Source of the DNA: a virus
Taxonomy: Duplodnaviria; Caudoviricetes
Direction: 5' to 3' (one strand)
Length of the DNA stretch: 36,239 nt
Virus record (IMG/VR): IMGVR_UViG_3300025653_003531
Coordinates: 1 to 36,239 of that record
The translations under genes and the position numbers were made by a program. This document shows positions 1 to 8,767 of this stretch, piece after piece; the first letter of the stretch is position 1; every line of letters starts with the position of its first letter. Below the pieces are notes generated by a model. The model was given only the letters and a program-made list of their open reading frames with translations. It ran no database searches and was not told the DNA's origin.

Positions 1-691
1 AAGCCACGTCATTGACAAGTGGGAATATAAGGAAAACATGACCGGACGAATCGCTATAGATTGGGGCTTCAGGAAGCCAAGTGTTTTGATCATGGCCTAT
101 GATGAAGCGCTTGATGCAACAGTGATCTGTCATGAGATCAATCCACAGGAAGTCACAACCGACCAACTCACAACGCTGATCCTTTCCATAGCTTGGCCAC
201 GCTCGTTAAAGTCCAAAGCTCCCGGTCCTCGAATATGGATTGATACCGGAGTGGCTGACAAAGCAGGTAAAGCGAGAAACGACCAAACAGGCCAAAGCGC
301 TTTCCGAGTAATGAGACAAGATCCACCGAGAGGGCTTGGAGTTCCCTTGAGACACACCACCGACCCGATCAAGGTTGACATCTTGAATGGAGTCCAAAGA
401 CTCAAACGTGCTTTCAATTCAAAGCGCTATCTCATCACCAAAGAAGTATGGGACAAAGGCGAACGAGCGACCGGAAACAGTATTCGCAAGGCCATCCTCT
501 CTTATGCTTGGGATAACAAAGAGCAACCAAAGAAAGATGGAAGGGAAGATCCATTGGATGCATTGCGCTATGATTGCATAATGTTTAATTGGCATGAGAG
601 CGCTTTAGATCAAAAGTACAAGCCAAGAAGATCTGCTGGTGTTAGAACTAGGAATGTAAAGGTAGGGGGATCTAAGACAAGGAGCTTTTAA
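1..691 (+). CDS. terL: Terminase large subunit, C-terminal nuclease half (gene runs in from the other end of the window)
   Basis: Frame +2 is open from base 2 (SHVIDKWEYKEN-MTGRIAIDWGF). RNase H-like terminase motifs IDWGF and DGREDPLDALRY are present. Confidence 0.9.
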   Translation, partial: SHVIDKWEYKENMTGRIAIDWGFRKPSVLIMAYDEALDATVICHEINPQEVTTDQLTTLILSIAWPRSLKSKAPGPRIWIDTGVADKAGKARNDQTGQSAFRVMRQDPPRGLGVPLRHTTDPIKVDILNGVQRLKRAFNSKRYLITKEVWDKGERATGNSIRKAILSYAWDNKEQPKKDGREDPLDALRYDCIMFNWHESALDQKYKPRRSAGVRTRNVKVGGSKTRSF

Positions 692-1419
692 TGTTTCAAT
701 ACTTAGGTGGAAAAGGCCGAGTATCACGATTTCTGATCAACTACATGTCTGCAGTTCGTGAGGACAATATGACTTGGGTTGAGCCTTTTATGGGTTCAGG
801 TAAAGTTTTATTTAATGTTAAAGGCCCAAGAATTGGAAATGACATCAACCATGAATTAATTTCATTATTTAAAGCTGTTCAAAATGGATATGAACCACCA
901 GATAAAGTTACAGAAGATGAATATAATCACATGAAACATAATCAAGATTTATATCCTGATCATTTAAAAGGCTTTGTGAGCTTTGCCTGTTCGTTTGGCG
1001 GAAAAAGATGGGACAGTTATGCAAGAGGATTCAACGGCTCATCTCCTTTAACTTATCCAGAATGTGGGAAAAAAAACATCATGAAAAACAAACACAAAAT
1101 GAAAGGTGTTTCTCTATATTCTGGTGATTATAAAAAACTAACGATTCCTCCGAACTCTTTAATTTATTGTGATCCGCCTTATATAAATACAACAGGCTAT
1201 GGCTTTGAGTTTGATCATGATGAGTTTTATGATTGGTGTCGTCAGAAAGTAGACGAAGGTCATTTAGTTTTTGTTAGTGAGTATGAAGCTCCAGAAGACT
1301 TTGAATGTGTGTGGTCTAAAAAAGTATTCGTATCTTTAGAACGAAATAAAACTAACCACAAAGAAGAGAAGCTGTTTAGAGTACATAAGAAGCAAAAGTT
1401 CAAACTAATCACATATTGA
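691..1419 (+). CDS. Dam-like (D12 class) N6-adenine DNA methyltransferase
   Basis: YLGGK at the N-terminus, SAM-binding EPFMGSG, NDIN, catalytic YCDPPY and VSEY. ATG overlaps the terL stop (TAATG). Visibly more AT-rich than the backbone. Confidence 0.92.
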   Translation: MFQYLGGKGRVSRFLINYMSAVREDNMTWVEPFMGSGKVLFNVKGPRIGNDINHELISLFKAVQNGYEPPDKVTEDEYNHMKHNQDLYPDHLKGFVSFACSFGGKRWDSYARGFNGSSPLTYPECGKKNIMKNKHKMKGVSLYSGDYKKLTIPPNSLIYCDPPYINTTGYGFEFDHDEFYDWCRQKVDEGHLVFVSEYEAPEDFECVWSKKVFVSLERNKTNHKEEKLFRVHKKQKFKLITY

Positions 1420-1427
1420 GAAGAATC

Positions 1428-2252
1428 ATGGAACTGATTGAAACAAAGTTGGCCATAGTCCTTCTTGACCTTATTGGCTCGACTAGGTTTGTTCAATCAG
1501 CCGGAGCTATGAAAGCGGCTATGTGGCTTCAAAAGCATGATCGACTTACTCGCTCCCTGATCTACAAGTTTAATGGTCGAGAGATTGACCGGTCAGATGG
1601 TTTTCTTTTGAGCTTTGAGCGACCAATAGACGCTGTTAACTTTGCTTTGATCTACCAAGAAACGATTCCACCACAGATCAAACTAGGCTGTCGGATTGGT
1701 ATTCATTGGGGAGTGGTGGTTGAAGTCAAGCAAGATGAGATCTTCACCATGACAGGAGCTAAGTCAGTTGAGCTTGAAGGCATAGCCAAGAATATCGCAG
1801 CAAGAACAATGAGCCTTTGCCAAGCTGGTCAAGTCCTACTCACGACCGAAGCAATGAAAGCGATCAAGGGCCGAACCAATAGCTACACTCCTAAGAATAC
1901 AAGGTATGCTTGTGTAGGTGAATATAGATTCAAGGGAGTCCGAGAAAGTCAAATTGTTTATGCGGTCGGATCAACTATTGAATCTTTACAGCCACCACCT
2001 GGAAGCGAGAAGGTGAAGCGGATAGCAGGCCCAAAAAAGATCAAGAGTAAAGCAAGGGATAGGAAATTGAAAGAATGGCTAGTTTGGTTTGCTGTCAGAT
2101 ATTGCATGATAATGACCTTCTATGTGATCAGCGTTTCAGTTCCTGTCTTGATTGATCCACACGCTAGAAGAATGAATGGAGTTGATGACTTGTTCTTTTG
2201 GATTGATTATATAGTTGAGTTTATAACTATGTTTTTCTTGGGGGTATTATGA
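1428..2252 (+). CDS. Class III adenylate/guanylate-type nucleotidyl cyclase with two C-terminal hydrophobic segments
   Basis: LLDLIGST (first metal Asp), DRSDGFLLSF (second Asp), RIGIHWG, GIAKNIAAR (catalytic Asn and Arg), GQVLLT and FKG. C-terminal WLVWFAVRYCMIMTFYVISVSVPVLI and LFFWIDYIVEFITMFFLGVL. ATG 1428 preferred over TTG 1416. Confidence 0.88.
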   Translation: MELIETKLAIVLLDLIGSTRFVQSAGAMKAAMWLQKHDRLTRSLIYKFNGREIDRSDGFLLSFERPIDAVNFALIYQETIPPQIKLGCRIGIHWGVVVEVKQDEIFTMTGAKSVELEGIAKNIAARTMSLCQAGQVLLTTEAMKAIKGRTNSYTPKNTRYACVGEYRFKGVRESQIVYAVGSTIESLQPPPGSEKVKRIAGPKKIKSKARDRKLKEWLVWFAVRYCMIMTFYVISVSVPVLIDPHARRMNGVDDLFFWIDYIVEFITMFFLGVL

Positions 2253-2716
2253 ACGCAATAGAAGACAGACAAGAAGCCAAAGAGTTTTCAAAGGATGTCA
2301 AGGCAAGGCGTGGATGGTGGTTCTCTGTCATGTTCTTGCTGCTTATCGTTGGCCTGATCTTGTTCCTAACTTATGTCAAGATTGTCGATGAAAACAGGGA
2401 TGTCTTGGTGGGGATACTTGGTGTGATTACAGGCTCAATCTCTTCAATGGTCGCCATTGCTTCTGGTCGTGATCCATCAGAAGTGGAAGAGCTAAAGGAC
2501 AAACTAGCAAGCGCCAACTCTGACAGAGAAGCTTTGATTGCTCGTCTTCGGGATGCACAGATTCAAATGCAATTATTGAGAGAGCAGATCTTTGAACTCC
2601 AAACAGCGGTCATCGACAAGCTCTCCATCTTTAGCGGTCAGAAAGCAATCAAGACTAAGTCCACAGATCAAGTCATGTTGGATCCGACCATTGAGGAATG
2701 GATTCCTAAAAAGTGA
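2249..2716 (+). CDS. 2-TM membrane protein with C-terminal coiled coil (cyclase partner or holin-like)
   Basis: TM1 WWFSVMFLLLIVGLILFLTYV and TM2 VLVGILGVITGSISSMVAIA, then heptad-like EVEELKDKLASANSDREALIARLRDAQIQMQLLREQIFELQ. ATGA overlap with the cyclase stop. Confidence 0.8.
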   Translation: MNAIEDRQEAKEFSKDVKARRGWWFSVMFLLLIVGLILFLTYVKIVDENRDVLVGILGVITGSISSMVAIASGRDPSEVEELKDKLASANSDREALIARLRDAQIQMQLLREQIFELQTAVIDKLSIFSGQKAIKTKSTDQVMLDPTIEEWIPKK

Positions 2717-2787
2717 TTGTCTTTTAAAGCTACTCAACTTATAAGAAAAGCCTGTCGGTTGAACACGACAGAAAAACAAGGGTAAGG

Positions 2788-2827
2788 AAAAGGCCATTGA
2801 TCAAAAGTCAGTGGCCTTTTTCTTTTT
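2788..2827 (+). terminator. Rho-independent terminator, possibly bidirectional
   Basis: AAAAGGCCATTGA-tcaaaag-TCAGTGGCCTTTT hairpin with one G-U pair, followed by TCTTTTT. Confidence 0.8.
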
Positions 2828-3054
2828 AGGAGAATAGATAAGCTTACTCTCAAGGTGTTCAAGATTCTTGAAAAGAATAAAAAAAGAATAAGCTACTTCA
2901 CTCCCTAGTCCAAAAAAGCGCCGACTTTTAAAAAACCTAGAGAATGAAGTTGGATGAACATAACACTTGATTTTATACTGAACAAGCTTTTATTGATAAA
3001 TATGTGTTCAGTGTTTATAGTGTCTGTAAGCACCAATCCAATCAAGGGGCGCTA

Positions 3055-4473
3055 ATGAGCTACAATGAAACAAAAGAACGCTCACCGAAGCATATGAGAG
3101 CGCTGACACCTAGATTCACCACAAGGGGAATTACAGGAACTCAACTTGGCGGTGGAGTGATTACAGGCAAGGAGCAGAATCCACAACTGACCGGCCTTAA
3201 TTGGGTTCAAGAAGCTGAAGAAATGTTGAGAACGGATCCGATTGTGAGACGTTCTTGGCATATGCTTCGACAGACTTTGCTCTCTGCTTCTTGGCGCTTT
3301 GAACCTGGCATTGAAAACGATCCAATGGCTGACGAGTTGGCAAGATTCGCAAATGAAGCTTTTGGCTTTGATGGTTACAGTGGGCAGATGACTCTTTCAT
3401 GGGAGGATCAACTTGCTTATCTTTTTGAGTTTGTGCCTGTTGGGTATCGTTATGCTGAAGAAATCTATCGAGTAGGTCCAGACAGCAATGGCAATGTTAG
3501 AGTATGGCTTGACCATTATGCAGATCGTGAACCTAGCGCACACCAACGGTGGCTTAGTAGAGATAATCAAAACTTGGATGGTGTCCTTCAAAACGTTGTG
3601 GGCCTCACTTATGTTCCGGAGCCAATCCCGGCCAATAAGCTTTTATTGCTCACTCTCAACAAGACCGGTTCCAACTTTGAAGGAGTTGGGATGCTTAGGC
3701 CGGTTTGGTGGTGGTGGCGGACCAAGCAACGAGTATCTAATCTCATGTGTGTTGGTCTTGATCGGTGGGCTGTACCTACTCCAAAAGTAAAGGTTGATCG
3801 AAGTCAAGCTGAAGCTCTTGGTTTAACCGATGGCGACATTGACGCAATGATCAATGATGCTGAAGCTCAAGCACAATTATTCATAAGCGCTGAACAATCT
3901 TATCTTGTTGAGAATGACGCTGTCAGTTTTGACACTTACGCTGCTCAACCGAATCTTTATGCAAGTGGACCTTTGGAGATTATCACCAAGTGTGACTCCC
4001 AAATGTCAGCCGCTTTCCTTACTCAGTTTGCTGATCTTGGCAACACTGAAACAGGAGCAAGGTCAGTTGGTGAGATTCACCTTTCTGTCTTCAGAAGAGC
4101 AGCAATCAATCTTTGTGATCTTGTCGCTGGTCAAGTTAGCGGTGTTGATCGTAGAGGTGGCGGAACCATTGGGCGGTTGATCCGTTGGAACTTTGGCTTG
4201 GTCGATCCTTCTAAGCTTCCAAAGCTAACTCACACCGGTCTTGATACTGATGACTTGGCGGAATCTTTGGGGATGCTTCCCGGTCTTGTTCAAGCCGGTC
4301 TTCTCACTCCCGATGATGAATTGGAGCGAGCAATCAGAGAACGTCTTGGAGCCGGTGACCTTCCTGAAGACGCTCAAAGATCAGCGCTTGAAAGAACAGC
4401 TAGTCTTGGCGGTGGTGGTGGTGTGTCAGCTCTTGCTGAACAACTAATCAAGCGGAGAAAAGCTAATGGCTAA
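3055..4473 (+). CDS. Portal protein (DUF935 / Mu gp29-like)
   Basis: MLRTDPIVRR, NFEGVGMLRPVWWWW, GLDRWAVPTP, IITKCDSQMSAAFLTQ and ARSVGEIH are typical of DUF935 portals. Position before the protease fits. ATG 3055 follows AAGGGG. Confidence 0.88.
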   Translation: MSYNETKERSPKHMRALTPRFTTRGITGTQLGGGVITGKEQNPQLTGLNWVQEAEEMLRTDPIVRRSWHMLRQTLLSASWRFEPGIENDPMADELARFANEAFGFDGYSGQMTLSWEDQLAYLFEFVPVGYRYAEEIYRVGPDSNGNVRVWLDHYADREPSAHQRWLSRDNQNLDGVLQNVVGLTYVPEPIPANKLLLLTLNKTGSNFEGVGMLRPVWWWWRTKQRVSNLMCVGLDRWAVPTPKVKVDRSQAEALGLTDGDIDAMINDAEAQAQLFISAEQSYLVENDAVSFDTYAAQPNLYASGPLEIITKCDSQMSAAFLTQFADLGNTETGARSVGEIHLSVFRRAAINLCDLVAGQVSGVDRRGGGTIGRLIRWNFGLVDPSKLPKLTHTGLDTDDLAESLGMLPGLVQAGLLTPDDELERAIRERLGAGDLPEDAQRSALERTASLGGGGGVSALAEQLIKRRKANG

Positions 4474-6454
4474 GATCAAGAAGCGAACACAGGCCCAAAC
4501 TCCGGCACCTAAAAAAGATCAAGTGACCGGAAGCGCTAAGAATCCAAAAGGAAGCGCAAGCGGTTCTCGTGGTGGAATCGAGATCAGTGACCAAGCTGTC
4601 AAAGCTCTCCAAAACATGATCGACAAACACAATGACCAATACAAAGCCAAGTCTAAAAAGGTAGACATGGGAATGTTGAAGGCAGTGTTTAGACGTGGGG
4701 CCGGTGCTTTTTCTGTATCTCATAGGCCGGGTATGACAAGAACCCAATGGGCGCTTGCTCGTGTTAAGACTTTCCTTAAGTTGGTCGGCACAGGTGAACG
4801 GAAGAAAGCATACAACACAGATCTTGACTTGCTTCCCAAAGGTCATCCACAGCGAACCGAGAAGGAAGCCAAAGCTGAAACTTTAGCTCCGGCCAAGTAT
4901 GATCATATTGACTTTACTCCACCAAAGGGAGCGCAAGAAGCAGCAAAGCGAGCGCTTGAAGTCAGAGCAACCAAGCCACCAAGTCAAAGAGGGATGACCG
5001 ATGTTGGCATTGCTAGAGCTAGAGATCTAGGCAATGGGAAGCAACTATCTCCCGACACTGTTAAACGTATGCTCAACTACTTCACTCGACACGAAGTGGA
5101 TAAACAAGGTTCCACGTGGAACGATCAAGGAAAAGGCTGGCAAGCTTGGCAAGGTTGGGGCGGTGATGCCGGCTTTGCTTGGTCAAGAAAGGTTGTGAAT
5201 CAAATGAAACGTGCAGACGAAAAGTCAACAAGCCTTCGAGCTTATGGCGAAGCAATTCAACTCACTCACCTAAGTGAGCCAAGTTATGACATCCCTGAAG
5301 GGCTCACCATTGGGAAGCCATTCAAGACCTTAGCTCTTGGCCAAGTATCATCACGAATGAATGGTGAGAATATCGGCCAAGAAATAGATCATGAATTATT
5401 AAGCGAAATGATCCGAGTCTTTAATGAGCGCAAGCTTGCGGATCCTGTCATCATTGATTGGCAACACGCTACTTCACCTTTTCAAGGTGGCTCTCCAGCT
5501 CCTCCCGAAAGTGGAAACGCTCTTGGGATGATCGTTGAATTGGAACTTAGAGAAGATGGACTCTATGCAACACCAGCATATAACGAGCGAGGTCTTGATG
5601 TTGTCAAGTCTGCCGGCGGTGTTCTTTGGTCAAGTCCTGAGTTCTTAAACGGGGAAGTCTTTTCTCGTGATGGCGGATCCAAGATTGGTGACGCTCAATT
5701 ATTAGCAATTACTCTCACTCCCAGACCTGCTCAATCAAACGATAAGATTGGCCGGGTACTTTTAACCGAAAGGATAACATCAATGGACAACATTGAATCA
5801 TTATCTGTTGAAGAACTGCGCCAAATGCTCGTTGCTAAAGATGCTTTGGTCAAAGAACTTGAACAAAAGATGAAGGACATGATGGCTGAATCTGAGTCTG
5901 CAATGGTCGATCAAAAAGAAGAGACTATGAAAGAGGAAGAAGACAAAGCTGAAGAAATGTCTGAGTCTAAAGAAGAAGGCAAAGCTGAAAAGATGAAAGA
6001 AGACGAAGAGAAGAAAGCTTACAAGATGAGTGAGCAACTTGCTGAGTCTACTTTATTAAGTGAGGTTCAAGCGCTTCGAGAGAATAACGCTAAACTTTCA
6101 CAGCGTCTTGAAGCTATTGAAGCAGAGAAAAAAGAGGTTGAGAAACGTGAAGCAATCAACACTCTTTTAAATGAAGGCAAGATCACTCCAAGTGAGGCTG
6201 TTGTTGCTGGTAAAGCTTTCGAGCTTCGTGAGATCCAATCAGAGTTTTGGACCATGTTCAGCGAGCGACCTTCTAACAGCGCTCTTCCTTTAGTTGAAGT
6301 TGGTCATGGCGCAAGTGGCCAAGAAATCAACAAAGCTACTCTTGATCAAGAAGTCCGTAAATTAGCAACTGAAAAGTCTGTCAGCTATTCAGAAGCTCTT
6401 GACCTATTCGCTAAATCAAATCCTGACTATTACAACAAAGTATTTGGAGCTTAA
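4466..6454 (+). CDS. Mu gpI-like prohead protease/scaffold with two extra N-terminal basic domains
   Basis: Central VIIDWQH, ALGMIVELELREDGLYA, WSSPEF and AITLTPRPA (Mu-like protease). Acidic coiled-coil scaffold at the C-terminus. About 270 aa N-terminal extension. Confidence 0.82.
   Translation: MAKIKKRTQAQTPAPKKDQVTGSAKNPKGSASGSRGGIEISDQAVKALQNMIDKHNDQYKAKSKKVDMGMLKAVFRRGAGAFSVSHRPGMTRTQWALARVKTFLKLVGTGERKKAYNTDLDLLPKGHPQRTEKEAKAETLAPAKYDHIDFTPPKGAQEAAKRALEVRATKPPSQRGMTDVGIARARDLGNGKQLSPDTVKRMLNYFTRHEVDKQGSTWNDQGKGWQAWQGWGGDAGFAWSRKVVNQMKRADEKSTSLRAYGEAIQLTHLSEPSYDIPEGLTIGKPFKTLALGQVSSRMNGENIGQEIDHELLSEMIRVFNERKLADPVIIDWQHATSPFQGGSPAPPESGNALGMIVELELREDGLYATPAYNERGLDVVKSAGGVLWSSPEFLNGEVFSRDGGSKIGDAQLLAITLTPRPAQSNDKIGRVLLTERITSMDNIESLSVEELRQMLVAKDALVKELEQKMKDMMAESESAMVDQKEETMKEEEDKAEEMSESKEEGKAEKMKEDEEKKAYKMSEQLAESTLLSEVQALRENNAKLSQRLEAIEAEKKEVEKREAINTLLNEGKITPSEAVVAGKAFELREIQSEFWTMFSERPSNSALPLVEVGHGASGQEINKATLDQEVRKLATEKSVSYSEALDLFAKSNPDYYNKVFGA
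5783..6454 (+). CDS. Nested in-frame scaffolding protein (Mu gpZ-like)
   Basis: GAAAGGA-taacatca-ATG lies in frame exactly at the protease/coiled-coil boundary (MDNIESLSVEELRQML). Confidence 0.6.
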   Translation: MDNIESLSVEELRQMLVAKDALVKELEQKMKDMMAESESAMVDQKEETMKEEEDKAEEMSESKEEGKAEKMKEDEEKKAYKMSEQLAESTLLSEVQALRENNAKLSQRLEAIEAEKKEVEKREAINTLLNEGKITPSEAVVAGKAFELREIQSEFWTMFSERPSNSALPLVEVGHGASGQEINKATLDQEVRKLATEKSVSYSEALDLFAKSNPDYYNKVFGA

Positions 6455-6456
6455 TC

Positions 6457-6837
6457 ATGAATAACATCATTAAGACTTTCGTGGCTTCAGAAGCCATCAC
6501 TGAGTTCGCACTCGTTTCTTCAACCACCGATGGCAAGATTGCAATCACTGACGCGGCTACTGATGCTCGTTGTATTGGTGTTGCTCAACGCGCTTGCGCA
6601 AGCGGTGAGGTTGTTGAGGTTCTTGTTCAAGGTGAATCACGAGTGATCACAGGAACCGGTGGAATTGCAAACACTGCTTCACTTGTTATGGCTGCCGCTG
6701 ATGGAACTGTTTTAGCTCACGCTACTTCAGGAAATTACGCAATCGGCCAAATCCTTCCAAATGTGAACCAAGCTTCTTCAAGCGCTAATGATCAGATCTT
6801 GATCAAGTTCACCGGCCCTAACAATCTACTTCCTTAA
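6457..6837 (+). CDS. Head decoration / capsid cement protein (DUF2190-like)
   Basis: 126 aa, Ala/Gly-rich, CIGVAQRACASGEVVEVLVQG. Lies between scaffold and capsid. Confidence 0.72.
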   Translation: MNNIIKTFVASEAITEFALVSSTTDGKIAITDAATDARCIGVAQRACASGEVVEVLVQGESRVITGTGGIANTASLVMAAADGTVLAHATSGNYAIGQILPNVNQASSSANDQILIKFTGPNNLLP

Positions 6838-6848
6838 GGAGTTAAATC

Positions 6849-7850
6849 ATGGCTTCATCATATTCAAATCTACATCCTGTTGATCAGATCTTAACAAGCC
6901 TTGTCCAAGAAGTTGTTCCTAGTGATAATCAACTCATTGCTGACAAGGTTCTTGAGACTATCAAAGTCCCTGAGCGCTCAGGTACTCTATTAGTTGAAAA
7001 CACTCGTAATTTCATGGGCGCAGGTGCAGGCCTTGACCTTGAGCGCGCTCCCGGTTCAAGTCGTGCTTCAATCGGTGGTTTCGATCGTTCAAGCCAAACT
7101 TTCAAAGCTAAGATCTACAGCGCAAGCGATTCAATCGCAATGGAAGACATCTTTGACAGCCAATATCCCGGCAGTGAAGAAGCTCGCATTGCAAAGAAGG
7201 TTGCTCGCGTAATGAAGCTCGCTCGCGAGAAGCGCGCAGCTGATCTTCTTTTCGGTACAGCTAACTTTAACAACGACAGCGCGACCAATGAGTTCGGCGG
7301 TAAGTTCAACGCTGTTGGCGCGGAAGCTCTTAGCTACCTTCATGAGTTGAAGGACACTGTATTTGAAGCTGCTCATGGTATCAATCCAGACACCTTGATC
7401 TTTGGTCGTCAATTATTCCGCGAGTTAGCGCGTAATCCTGAAGTTCGTGGTTATGTTGGAACTAGCGCCAATGGTATCGCAAGCGGTGAGCGCATCTTAA
7501 ACGATGAAGCTGTTCTTGCTGTTCTTCGTGATGTTCTTGGTATCCCTAACATCTTTGTTGGCCAAGCTCGTCAAGACACTGCTGTTCCTGGTGCTACTAG
7601 CTCAGAGTCTTATATTTGGACAGGTGACAGCTTGTTCATGGGTATTCTTCGCGGTTCTGATGCTATCGTTCAAAAGAGCGGTAATGTGAAGGGTATGCCT
7701 GTTGCTGCTCTTAACCTATCATTTAACGATATGGTAAGCGGTCAGTATGACAGCCTAGACAAGACTCGCCGTTATGTTTGGGGTGAAGAAGTCAACACCT
7801 TCCACGCTGTTGATTCAACTCTTGGTCGTATCATCACTGATTGTCTCTAA
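6849..7850 (+). CDS. Major capsid protein
   Basis: 333 aa, strong SD (TAAGGAG), biased codon usage, REKRAADLLF and NPDTLIFG (gpE-like HK97 fold), synteny. Confidence 0.85.
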   Translation: MASSYSNLHPVDQILTSLVQEVVPSDNQLIADKVLETIKVPERSGTLLVENTRNFMGAGAGLDLERAPGSSRASIGGFDRSSQTFKAKIYSASDSIAMEDIFDSQYPGSEEARIAKKVARVMKLAREKRAADLLFGTANFNNDSATNEFGGKFNAVGAEALSYLHELKDTVFEAAHGINPDTLIFGRQLFRELARNPEVRGYVGTSANGIASGERILNDEAVLAVLRDVLGIPNIFVGQARQDTAVPGATSSESYIWTGDSLFMGILRGSDAIVQKSGNVKGMPVAALNLSFNDMVSGQYDSLDKTRRYVWGEEVNTFHAVDSTLGRIITDCL

Positions 7851-7853
7851 GAT

Positions 7854-8765
7854 ATGTTTTGTTCTTGTGGTCAACCTATCCTCCTTGCGGAGAAGGAAGA
7901 TGCTGATAAGTTAGCAGTTGAAGACTTGACTAGACAGGCCAAGAGTCAATCTGGTCCGTTGGCCACATTAACAAGAGCAAGACGCGATCAACTCAAAGCT
8001 GAGATTTCAGCGGAGAGGTCTTTTGCTTCCACACTTAGGACAGCAAGAGCACAACTATTGGAGACAGTGGAGAGCGCTATCACAGCGAGCAATCCATTGA
8101 CTCTCCTAAATCTTACTGATGAACAGCTTCTTGATTTCATCTTACAAGGTGGACTTGGGCTTGCAGTTGATGAGTTCATTGAACAGCAAGAAGCTATCAA
8201 ACAAACTGTTGAAACAGCGCTCAAAGCAGTTCAGCCCAACTTTGGGTTTGACTCAATAGCGCCACAGCTTGAGAGTATTCAAGTTGCAACAGCGCAAGCG
8301 GTATTTGATGAAGTGATTCTTCCTTCATTTAAAACAAGCATAAATGAATCTCTAAGAGATTTATTGGTTGATGTTCCTCCAAGCATTGTGATGAGCAATC
8401 TTGAAGCAAGGCTCAAAAGGTCAGAAGGAACACAACTCACAGAGGTCAAGACAAGAATTAGTCAATATGGTCGGGGAATCACAGCAGTGGCAGCCGAAAC
8501 AGCTGGTCTTGATTATTATTTATACACAGGCCCAAAAGATGGAATCACAAGGCCCTTCTGTCGACAGCTGATCAATCTTGTTGTATCTAAACAACAGATG
8601 AACAGACTCAATAATGGTCAAGGTATGTCCGTTCTCATCAGTGGCGGTGGCTATAACTGCCGGCATAGTTGGAGTCCTGTCAGTGAAGGCTTCATTGAAG
8701 CGGCCAATTTAACCAAAGCAAGTTCCAGCGACATATCCAAAGCAAACGCAAAAGCAAAGAGGTGA
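7854..8765 (+). CDS. MuF / SPP1 gp7-like minor head protein
   Basis: C-terminal YLYTGPKDGITRPFC...GGYNCRHSW metal-binding motif. Confidence 0.72.
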   Translation: MFCSCGQPILLAEKEDADKLAVEDLTRQAKSQSGPLATLTRARRDQLKAEISAERSFASTLRTARAQLLETVESAITASNPLTLLNLTDEQLLDFILQGGLGLAVDEFIEQQEAIKQTVETALKAVQPNFGFDSIAPQLESIQVATAQAVFDEVILPSFKTSINESLRDLLVDVPPSIVMSNLEARLKRSEGTQLTEVKTRISQYGRGITAVAAETAGLDYYLYTGPKDGITRPFCRQLINLVVSKQQMNRLNNGQGMSVLISGGGYNCRHSWSPVSEGFIEAANLTKASSSDISKANAKAKR

Positions 8766-8767
8766 TC

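Noticed and set aside
691-2716. Methyltransferase, cyclase and TM gene as a single three-gene system or RM system
   Set aside because: No nuclease motif, and the methyltransferase differs in composition from the other two genes, which suggests separate acquisition. Not fully excluded.
2960-3005. Sigma70 late promoter upstream of the portal
   Set aside because: AT-rich, but no convincing -35/-10 pair at correct spacing.
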